A DNA stretch of 5,659 nt from a virus (lineage: Duplodnaviria > Heunggongvirae > Uroviricota > Caudoviricetes), in the IMG/VR virus record IMGVR_UViG_2671181127_000006, positions 1-5,659 of that record; one strand, given 5' to 3'. The notes beneath the pieces are model-generated. The model was not told the origin of the DNA, searched no databases, and saw only the letters and a program-made list of their open reading frames with translations. Both the position numbers and the translations under genes were made by a program. This document shows positions 1 through 5,659 of the stretch, piece after piece. Each line of letters begins with the position of its first letter. The stretch's first letter is position 1.

Positions 1-3000
1 GCTTTGAGTCCTCCGGGGCGGAAACCGCACTGGGCGTGGAGGTGACGAAGGCAAAGCCGGTGACGCGCACCATCACGTCAGCGAACATTGACCGTCTGCG
101 GGTGACCTTCGGGGTGCAGTCACTGGTGGAGACCACCTCAAAGGGTGACCGTAACCCGACGTCTGTCCGCCTGCTGATTCAGCTTGAGCGTGGTGGTAAA
201 TGGATGACGGAAAAGGATGTCACCATTAACGGCAAGACCACCTCGCAGTTCCTGGCGTCGGTGATTCTGGATAATCTGCCGCCCCGGCCCTTTAACATCC
301 GGATGGTCAGGGAGACGGCGGACAGCACCACGGACCAGCTGCAGAATAAGACGCTCTGGTCGTCATACACCGAAATCATCGATGTGAAACAGTGCTACCC
401 GAACACGGCCATTGTGGGGCTGCAGGTGGATGCGGAGCAGTTCGGTGGCCAGCAGATGACGGTGAACTACCATATCCGCGGTCGCATCATCCAGGTGCCG
501 TCAAACTATGACCCGGAAAAACGCACGTACAGTGGTATCTGGGACGGCAGTCTGAAACCGGCATACAGCAACAACCCGGCCTGGTGCCTGTGGGACATGC
601 TGACTCACCCGCGCTACGGGATGGGAAAACGCCTGGAGGCGGCGGATGTGGACAAGTGGGCGCTGTATGCCATCGGGCAGTACTGCGACCAGACGGTCCC
701 GGATGGTTTCGGGGGCACAGAGCCGCGGATGACCTTCAATGCGTACCTGGCACAACAGCGTAAGGCATGGGACGTGCTCAGTGATTTCTGCTCGGCGATG
801 CGCTGTATGCCGGTATGGAACGGCCAGACGCTGACGTTCGTTCAGGACCGCCCGTCGGATGTGGTGTGGCCGTACACCAACAGCGATGTTGTGGTGGATG
901 ACAACGGCGTGGGATTCCGCTACAGCTTCAGTGCCCTGAAGGACCGGCACACGGCGGTGGAGGTGAATTACACCGACCCGCAGAACGGCTGGCAGACCTC
1001 CACGGAACTGGTGGAAGACCCGGAAGCCATACTGCGCTACGGACGCAACCTGCTGAAGATGGACGCGTTCGGCTGCACCAGTCGCGGTCAGGCTCACCGT
1101 GCCGGGCTGTGGGTGATAAAGACGGAACTGCTGGAAACACAGACGGTGGATTTCACGCTCGGGTCACAGGGGCTGCGTCACACGCCGGGTGACATCATTG
1201 AAATCTGTGATAACGACTACGCCGGGACCCTGACCGGCGGACGCATTCTGGCCATCGATGCCGCCAGCCGTACCCTGACGCTGGACCGTGAGGTGACACT
1301 CCCGGAGACGGGGACATCGACGGTGAACCTGATTAACGGCAGCGGTAAGCCGGTGAGTGTGGACATTACCGCACACCCTGCGCCTGACCGGATACAGGTC
1401 AGCCCCCTGCCGGATGGCGTGGAGACATACGGGGTATGGGGACTGAAAATGCCCGGTCTTCGCCGTCGCCTGTTCCGCTGTGTGGCCATCCGGGAAAACA
1501 CGGACGGCACCTTTGCCGTTACGGCGGTGCAGCACGTACCGGAAAAAGAAGCCATCGTGGATAACGGGGCCCGCTTTGAGCCGCAGTCAGGCACCCTGAA
1601 CAGCGTTATCCCACCGGCAGTGCAGCACCTGACGGTGGAGGTGAGCGCAGCTGACAGTCAGTATCTGGCGCTGGCGAAATGGGACACGCCGAGGGTGGTG
1701 AAGGGCGTGCGCTTCAGTCTGCGCCTGACCAGTGGAAGCGGTGAGAACAGCCGCCTGCTGACCACCGCCATCACTGCCGGTACGGAGCACCGTTTCAGTG
1801 GCCTGCCTCTCGGGGAATACACCCTGACGGTCAGGGCGATTAACAGCTATGGCCAGCAGGGCGAACCCGCCACCACCACGTTCCGGATTAACGCACCGGC
1901 AGCGCCTGCCGGTGTTGAACTGACGCCGGGGTATTTTCAGATAACGGCAGTCCCGAAACTGACCATTTATGACCCGACGGTGCAGTTTGAGTTCTGGTTT
2001 TCGGAGGCAAAAATTGCAGACGCCGCACAGGTGGAAACCTCTGCCCGTTATCTGGGGACCGGCAGTCAGTGGAGTGTCTCCGGTCCGCACATTAAGCCCG
2101 GAAAGGATTTCTGGTTTTATGTGCGCAGCGTCAACCTGGTGGGTAAATCTGCTTTTGTGGAAGCCAGTGGACGGGCGAGCAATGATGCTGCGGGCTATCT
2201 GGAACTTTTCCGGGAAAAGATAGGAAAAACGCATCTGGCAGAGGCGCTGTGGGCAGAGATTGACAACAGTCAGCTGAAGGACGAGATGGCGGAAATGCAG
2301 ACCACCATCACAGAAACCCGCAATGAAATCACGCAGACGGTCAGTAAAACGCTGGAGGACCAGAACGCCACCATACAGCAAATCCAGCGTGTGCAGACGG
2401 ACACAAATAATGACCTGAACAGCATGTGGGCGGTGAAGCTACAGCAGATGCAGGATGGTCGTCGCTATATTGCCGGTATCGGTGCCGGTATTGAGAACAC
2501 CCCTGACGGGATGCAGAGCCAGATACTGCTGGCAGCGGACCGTGTGGCATTCATTAATCCGGAGAATGGTGATACCACACCCGCACTGGTCACGCAGGGG
2601 GGACAGACGTTTATCAATGAGGCCCTGATAAAGGTTCTTACCGCCCCCACCATTACCAGCGGCGGCAATCCCCCGGCATTCTCCCTGACGCCGGACGGCA
2701 GGCTGACGGCCCGTAATGCCGATATCAGCGGGAATATCAGTGCCAGTTCCGGTACGCTGAATAACGTGACGATTGCGGAAGACTGCACCATTAATGGAAC
2801 GATGAGCGCTGACCGAATCATTGGTGATATCGTCAAGGGATACACGGTTGATATGGGGCAGGGCGTAATGACTCAGAACCAGCTGACTTTTCAGAAAATG
2901 ATTTTGCTGAAAGACAACATGCCGTTTGATCGCAAGCTTATGCTTATGGCGTATTCATTTTCCAGAGGTGAATTCATCATGAAGATAAATGACAAAGTTG

Positions 3001-3293
3001 TCGTTCATGCCAGGTCAGGCAAAGTCAAAACCGGGGAGCGGGAGGTCCAGATTTCCAAAAACGCCAGCAGATATGAGCCGGTATATTCTGATGTTGGCGG
3101 AAGTGCGTCAGGCTCATGGAGTATTCCTGCCGGACAGGGTGATGTGCGGGTTGAAATTACATTCAGGTATGAAGCAGATGTGCTTTTTTACATGGGTGGT
3201 TCAATACTTCATGATAAGAGTAAAATTCGGATCCATGACCCGGTTCTGTTTTACCTGAAATCCTATACAGACGATTTTGATACCGCATCGTGA
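1..3293 (+). CDS. J: Host specificity / tip attachment protein J (central tail fibre), 5'-partial; stop TGA at 3291-3293
   Basis: The frame is open from nt 3 (codons 3,6,9...) with no stop until 3291, so the GTG at 36 in the ORF track is not the real start and the gene begins upstream of the window. The translation (FESSGAETALGVEVTKAKPVTRTITSANIDRL..., NNPAWCLWDMLTHPRYGMGKRL, KWALYAIGQYCDQTVPDGFGGTEPR, DFCSAMRCMPVWNGQTLTFVQDRPSD, AFGCTSRGQAHRAGLWVIKTELLETQTVDF, LTAPTITSGGNPPAFSLTPDG) matches, from memory, long conserved stretches of phage lambda gpJ. The single 1085-codon ORF has coding-like composition. Confidence 0.9.
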   Translation, partial: FESSGAETALGVEVTKAKPVTRTITSANIDRLRVTFGVQSLVETTSKGDRNPTSVRLLIQLERGGKWMTEKDVTINGKTTSQFLASVILDNLPPRPFNIRMVRETADSTTDQLQNKTLWSSYTEIIDVKQCYPNTAIVGLQVDAEQFGGQQMTVNYHIRGRIIQVPSNYDPEKRTYSGIWDGSLKPAYSNNPAWCLWDMLTHPRYGMGKRLEAADVDKWALYAIGQYCDQTVPDGFGGTEPRMTFNAYLAQQRKAWDVLSDFCSAMRCMPVWNGQTLTFVQDRPSDVVWPYTNSDVVVDDNGVGFRYSFSALKDRHTAVEVNYTDPQNGWQTSTELVEDPEAILRYGRNLLKMDAFGCTSRGQAHRAGLWVIKTELLETQTVDFTLGSQGLRHTPGDIIEICDNDYAGTLTGGRILAIDAASRTLTLDREVTLPETGTSTVNLINGSGKPVSVDITAHPAPDRIQVSPLPDGVETYGVWGLKMPGLRRRLFRCVAIRENTDGTFAVTAVQHVPEKEAIVDNGARFEPQSGTLNSVIPPAVQHLTVEVSAADSQYLALAKWDTPRVVKGVRFSLRLTSGSGENSRLLTTAITAGTEHRFSGLPLGEYTLTVRAINSYGQQGEPATTTFRINAPAAPAGVELTPGYFQITAVPKLTIYDPTVQFEFWFSEAKIADAAQVETSARYLGTGSQWSVSGPHIKPGKDFWFYVRSVNLVGKSAFVEASGRASNDAAGYLELFREKIGKTHLAEALWAEIDNSQLKDEMAEMQTTITETRNEITQTVSKTLEDQNATIQQIQRVQTDTNNDLNSMWAVKLQQMQDGRRYIAGIGAGIENTPDGMQSQILLAADRVAFINPENGDTTPALVTQGGQTFINEALIKVLTAPTITSGGNPPAFSLTPDGRLTARNADISGNISASSGTLNNVTIAEDCTINGTMSADRIIGDIVKGYTVDMGQGVMTQNQLTFQKMILLKDNMPFDRKLMLMAYSFSRGEFIMKINDKVVVHARSGKVKTGEREVQISKNASRYEPVYSDVGGSASGSWSIPAGQGDVRVEITFRYEADVLFYMGGSILHDKSKIRIHDPVLFYLKSYTDDFDTAS
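1611..2175 (+). other. Two tandem fibronectin type III-like (Ig-like) domains inside J
   Basis: Two consecutive ~90-aa segments with a beta-sandwich-like pattern: PPAVQHLTVEVSA...WDTPRVVKGVRFSLRLT...EYTLTVRAINSYGQQGEPATTTFRI and PAGVELTPGYFQITAVPKLTIYDPTVQFEFWFSE...KDFWFYVRSVNLVGKSAFVEA. FN3 domains are established in lambda gpJ. Boundaries are approximate and assigned by eye. Confidence 0.4.
2838..3290 (+). other. Divergent C-terminal distal module of J (putative receptor-binding domain)
   Basis: Recalled similarity to lambda gpJ runs through ...CTINGTMSADRIIGDIVK (ending nt 2837) and is then lost; the last ~151 aa (GYTVDMGQGVMTQNQLTFQKMILLKDNMPFDRKLML...YLKSYTDDFDTAS) do not resemble the lambda LamB-binding C-terminus. 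Composition drops: hand count gives about 35% GC for nt 2941-3000 against about 58% for nt 1201-1260 in the conserved body. Confidence 0.5.
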
Positions 3294-3371
3294 CAGGTGG
3301 ATAGTGAGGTTTCATCCATCTGTTCGTGATTGCCGGAAAACGACAAAAGCCGGACATCGTACATTATCCAC

Positions 3372-3395
3372 GGGTGCCTTTGACTGACGGCACCC
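3372..3395 (+). repeat. Inverted repeat / hairpin downstream of J (possible weak terminator or RNA structure)
   Basis: GGGTGCC (3372-3378) and GGCACCC (3389-3395) are perfect reverse complements around a 10-nt loop, followed by TTTAA. The T-tract is short, so terminator function is uncertain. Confidence 0.3.
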
Positions 3396-3430
3396 TTTAA
3401 CACCAGCCAGTCACAATTTATACCCCTGAT

Positions 3431-3464
3431 CGCAGACCGGGTAACCGGTACTGCGGTTTTTTTT
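3431..3464 (+). terminator. Putative rho-independent terminator between J and the tail-fibre gene
   Basis: CGCAGACCGG (3431-3440), GTAA loop (GNRA-type), CCGGTaCTGCG (3445-3455): a ~10-bp GC-rich stem with one bulged A, then G and an uninterrupted T8 run (3457-3464). Pairing was checked base by base. Confidence 0.6.
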
Positions 3465-3466
3465 AT

Positions 3467-3471
3467 GGGAG
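3467..3471 (+). promoter_or_regulatory. Shine-Dalgarno sequence for the tail-fibre gene
   Basis: GGGAG lies 6 nt upstream of the ATG at 3478. Confidence 0.5.
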
Positions 3472-3477
3472 AAATCT

Positions 3478-3750
3478 ATGACAGTCAGAATATCGGGCGT
3501 GCTGAAGGACGGCACCGGGAAGCCGGTGCCGGGATGCACCATAGAGCTGAAAGCGCGACGCACCACAGAGACAGTGATAGTCACCACGGTGGCGCAGGGG
3601 CAGCCGGGGGAAACCGGCAGTTACAGTTTTGATGTGGAGCCGGGGTGGTACCGGGTGACGCTGAACACGGAAGGGTACGCCCCGTCGTATGTGGGTGACA
3701 TTCTGGTGAAGGCGGATTCTGAGCCGGGAACGCTGAATAAATTTCTGATG
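3478..3750 (+). other. Conserved N-terminal domain of side tail fibre (probable tail-attachment domain)
   Basis: The first ~90 aa align with the lambda Stf N-terminus, including GTLN.FL near residue 84-90. An Ala/Glu/Lys-rich predicted helical linker ([34 protein letters not shown]) follows and leads into the collagen block. Confidence 0.5.
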
Positions 3751-4944
3751 GAACAGGATGAGGCGCAGTATTACCCGAAAGCGCTTGCAGAGCTGGAAGC
3801 GGTGGCAGCGGAAATCCTGAAGCGTGCTGAAGCGTCGGCGGCGAGTGCAGAGGAAGCGAAGAAACGGGCAGAGAATGCCCGGGGACCGGCGGGCGAGAAG
3901 GGGGACACAGGTCCACAGGGTGCCACAGGGGCACAGGGACCAGCCGGGGCAACGGGGGCGGTCGGACCAAAAGGTGAGCCGGGGCCAAAGGGAGAACGGG
4001 GAGAAACAGGTCCACAGGGACCGAAGGGCGATAAAGGTGACCCGGGCGGACCGCCGGGGCCGAAAGGTGACACCGGCCCACGTGGAGAGGCCGGACCACC
4101 CGGACCACAGGGTCCGGCAGGGCAAACCGGCCCGAAAGGGGATAAAGGTGAACCCGGCGCAACAGGTCCGGCAGGTCCCGCAGGCCCTCGGGGAGAAACC
4201 GGCCCCGCAGGTCCTGCGGGTCCCGCAGGCAGTGTCGCCAGTGTTCCGGATGCCAGCACATCACAGAAAGGTGTTGTACAGCTGAGCAGCGATACCAACA
4301 GCGATGATGAAACAAAAGCGGCAACCCCAAAGGCTGTGAAAGCGGTAATGGCAGAAGTGCAGGCAGCAAAAACGAAGGCAGAAGAGGCAGCAACCCGGGC
4401 AGCAGTCCCCGGACCGAAGGGGGACAGGGGGGAACCTGGCGCACCTGGTGCAGTGGGGCCCGCAGGCCCACGGGGACCGGCTGGTGCAGCTGGTCCCAAA
4501 GGTGATGCAGGCCCGGCAGGCCCCGCAGGAAAGGATGGTACCGCCGGAGCGGAAGGTAAGGCAGGTCCGGCAGGGCCACGAGGTGAAAGGGGACCAGCGG
4601 GGGCACAGGGTGTTCCGGGGCCGGTTGGTCCGGCAGGTCCTGCGGGTAAAACGGGGCCACAGGGCCCTGCCGGAGAGCGAGGGCCGATGGGACCGCCCGG
4701 GCCAGCAGGTGATGCAGGGAATGGCGTTATAAAAGGCATTCGGCTGGGAAATGAGAGCGTGTTTCGTCCACATGAAGGCTATATCAACTGGGATATACGC
4801 TTGACGGATGGCAGTGTGCTTACGGGAGTGGTGGGAATGAATGCGTCAGGGACAAACCGGATAAATGAAATCTATTACAGGCCGTTACAGATAACAACAG
4901 ATGGCGTTTACTGGCGTACTATTGGCATTGATAATGGTATGTGA
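3478..4944 (+). CDS. stf: Side tail fibre protein with collagen-like Gly-X-Y repeats (lambda Stf-like N-terminus)
   Basis: ATG at 3478 with upstream GGGAG, 488 codons, stop TGA at 4942-4944. N-terminus [26 protein letters not shown]... matches from memory the lambda Stf N-terminus ([26 protein letters not shown]...). It contains two long perfect (Gly-X-Y)n blocks and the conserved tail-fibre motif [27 protein letters not shown]. Confidence 0.9.
   Translation: MTVRISGVLKDGTGKPVPGCTIELKARRTTETVIVTTVAQGQPGETGSYSFDVEPGWYRVTLNTEGYAPSYVGDILVKADSEPGTLNKFLMEQDEAQYYPKALAELEAVAAEILKRAEASAASAEEAKKRAENARGPAGEKGDTGPQGATGAQGPAGATGAVGPKGEPGPKGERGETGPQGPKGDKGDPGGPPGPKGDTGPRGEAGPPGPQGPAGQTGPKGDKGEPGATGPAGPAGPRGETGPAGPAGPAGSVASVPDASTSQKGVVQLSSDTNSDDETKAATPKAVKAVMAEVQAAKTKAEEAATRAAVPGPKGDRGEPGAPGAVGPAGPRGPAGAAGPKGDAGPAGPAGKDGTAGAEGKAGPAGPRGERGPAGAQGVPGPVGPAGPAGKTGPQGPAGERGPMGPPGPAGDAGNGVIKGIRLGNESVFRPHEGYINWDIRLTDGSVLTGVVGMNASGTNRINEIYYRPLQITTDGVYWRTIGIDNGM
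3883..4227 (+). repeat. Collagen-like Gly-X-Y block 1 (18 triplets, one extra Gly, then 20 triplets)
   Basis: Read directly from the translation: [116 protein letters not shown]. The DNA is a low-complexity GGN-CCN repeat. Confidence 0.85.
4255..4350 (+). other. Phage tail-fibre repeat motif between the two collagen blocks
   Basis: [32 protein letters not shown] resembles, from memory, the conserved lambda Stf motif (..[29 protein letters not shown]), the Phage_fiber_2-type repeat. It is followed by an Ala/Glu/Lys-rich helix ([18 protein letters not shown]). Confidence 0.5.
4411..4725 (+). repeat. Collagen-like Gly-X-Y block 2 (35 uninterrupted triplets)
   Basis: [105 protein letters not shown], with glycine at every third position throughout. 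Confidence 0.85.
4726..4941 (+). other. Small C-terminal tip domain of the collagen-like fibre (function unknown, putative receptor-binding or trimerisation knob)
   Basis: The 72-aa non-collagenous tail [72 protein letters not shown] is rich in aromatic and beta-branched residues. Its DNA is visibly less GC-rich than the collagen stalk. Confidence 0.4.
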
Positions 4945-5202
4945 GCAGATTATACCATCCTTACCGGATGAGATATAAAAGTTAAAAGAGGAAATGTCGG
5001 GTTAGCATCTTTCTGATTCGTCCGGCTGATATCACCACGCCATATGTTTACGCTGAACATGGCGGATAAAAAGACGGGGGAGCAGGCAGCAGACTCCCCT
5101 GAAAGTTATCCCTGTCATTTTTACATTTTTATTCTGTGTCACGGTTACACATATTTTCCCGAATAACCACTACTGATACTTACCGTATTCTGGTGATTAT
5201 TT

Positions 5203-5232
5203 TTGTGATGTGAACTGCATTTTATTTATAAA
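5203..5232 (+). promoter_or_regulatory. Candidate sigma70-like promoter upstream of the tfa-like gene
   Basis: TTGTGA (5203-5208), 18-nt spacer, TATAAA (5227-5232), inside an AT-rich spacer about 60 nt upstream of the ATG at 5294. Found by eye only; AT-rich DNA yields many such matches. Confidence 0.2.
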
Positions 5233-5278
5233 GAGCAAACAGATTAACAGCCGCGCGTTTTACTGTGCAGTGCTGCGA

Positions 5279-5283
5279 AAGGG
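5279..5283 (+). promoter_or_regulatory. Possible Shine-Dalgarno sequence for the tfa-like gene
   Basis: AAGGG lies 10 nt upstream of the ATG at 5294; the spacing is slightly long. Confidence 0.35.
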
Positions 5284-5293
5284 TAACGGATTT

Positions 5294-5659
5294 ATGATTA
5301 TTAAAAAATTCACGCTGTATTCCCCGGAGAAGGCAGATGTCCCCGGGGCAATGTATCTGAAGTCAGAAGACGGCAGGGACTGGTATGAAAGCCAGTCTTT
5401 ATTTTCAGCAGATACGCTGAAGGTGGCTTATGACAGTAACGGAATAATCTGCGGTATAAGCAAGGATGTATCTGTTATGTGGCCTGTTAACATGAGTGTT
5501 GCAGAAGTGCCTGATTCGGAGGAAAACCGCAAGGCAGACAGCTCAGGGCGCTGGAAGTTTGACGGGGAGCGAATAGTCGACACACTGACAGCGGAGAAAG
5601 CACGCGGGCTGAAGGGAGATGAAATCAACGCTTGGCGTAATGCGATGGAAGCGGCGAAC
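5294..5659 (+). CDS. tfa: Tail fibre assembly protein (Tfa-type chaperone), 3'-partial
   Basis: ATG at 5294 opens a frame that runs to the window end without a stop, which is why it is absent from the ORF track. Translation by hand: MIIKKFTLYSPEKADVPGAMYLKSEDGRDWYESQSLFSADTLKVAYDSNGIICGISKDVSVMWPVNMSVAEVPDSEENRKADSSGRWKFDGERIVDTLTAEKARGLKGDEINAWRNAMEAAN. The pattern SEDG..WYE ... DT.K..YD.N ... EVPD...NR.AD.SG.W.F matches, from memory, enterobacterial prophage Tfa proteins (TfaE-like, phage tail fibre assembly family). Confidence 0.65.
   Translation, partial: MIIKKFTLYSPEKADVPGAMYLKSEDGRDWYESQSLFSADTLKVAYDSNGIICGISKDVSVMWPVNMSVAEVPDSEENRKADSSGRWKFDGERIVDTLTAEKARGLKGDEINAWRNAMEAAN

Noticed and set aside
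179-2845. Minus-strand ORFs inside J (179-379, 501-1097, 928-1140, 1164-1535, 1217-1594, 1587-2381, 2341-2550, 2465-2845) and the + strand ORF 1969-2223
   Set aside because: All are embedded in the J coding sequence, which has strong homology on the + strand. They are typical antisense or off-frame open frames in GC-rich coding DNA, with no start context or recognisable domains.
2989-3357. Off-frame + ORF 2989-3258 and minus ORF 3163-3357 at the 3' end of J
   Set aside because: Both overlap the J distal module in another frame or strand. No RBS is visible and the translations are not protein-like. A small antisense gene cannot be excluded without expression data.
3883-4725. CRISPR array or other regularly spaced DNA repeat
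   Set aside because: The periodicity is the 9-bp Gly-X-Y coding repeat inside a continuous ORF. There are no identical direct repeats separated by unique spacers.
3463-4773. Large minus-strand ORFs (3463-4125, 3581-4660, 3771-4739, 4261-4773) and plus-strand off-frame ORFs (3824-4285, 4448-4732) overlapping the fibre gene
   Set aside because: They lie entirely within the GGN-CCN collagen-encoding repeat, which is open in several frames for compositional reasons. Their translations are Pro/Arg/Ala-rich low complexity, whereas the +1 frame has clear Stf homology and perfect Gly-X-Y periodicity.
4934-4958. AT-rich inverted repeat ATGGTAT...ATACCAT spanning the stf stop codon, considered as a recombination (invertase crossover) site
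   Set aside because: The 7-bp AT-rich stem could arise by chance. No partner site or invertase gene is present in the window, so an invertible host-range segment is unsupported.
5044-5166. 40-codon + strand ORF (MFTLNMADKKTGEQAADSPESYPCHFYIFILCHGYTYFPE) in the stf-tfa spacer
   Set aside because: There is no purine-rich Shine-Dalgarno upstream, it is very short, and its composition is non-coding-like (AT-rich with runs of T). Most likely a chance ORF.
4726-5293. Diversity-generating retroelement (variable region at the fibre C-terminus plus a template repeat downstream)
   Set aside because: No second copy of the fibre 3' end is visible in the downstream spacer, and no reverse transcriptase gene is in the window.
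5428-5628. Minus-strand 66-aa ORF
   Set aside because: It lies antisense within the tfa-like coding region; the + strand frame has recognisable Tfa-family similarity.

Overview
This window is the distal tail-tip/tail-fibre region of a lambdoid siphovirus or prophage, probably enterobacterial (host inferred from composition and homologies recalled from memory). It holds three + strand genes: (1) the 3' three-quarters of a host-specificity / tip-attachment protein J homologue (nt 1-3293, 5'-partial), whose last ~150 codons form a divergent, AT-rich distal module; (2) a 488-aa side tail fibre (3478-4944) with a lambda-Stf-like N-terminus, two long collagen-like Gly-X-Y blocks split by a conserved tail-fibre repeat motif, and a small C-terminal tip domain; (3) after a ~350-bp AT-rich spacer, the 5' part of a tail-fibre assembly chaperone gene (5294-5659, 3'-partial). 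A strong hairpin plus T8 tract sits between J and the fibre gene, directly against its ribosome-binding site. No RNA genes, CRISPR arrays, integrases or transposases are visible. All minus-strand ORFs in the track look like artefacts of overlapping GC-rich coding sequence. I found no convincing evidence of a novel defence or accessory system; the points worth a second look are module-swap junctions and the collagen-like fibre architecture. Homology statements come from recalled protein sequences, not from a database search.
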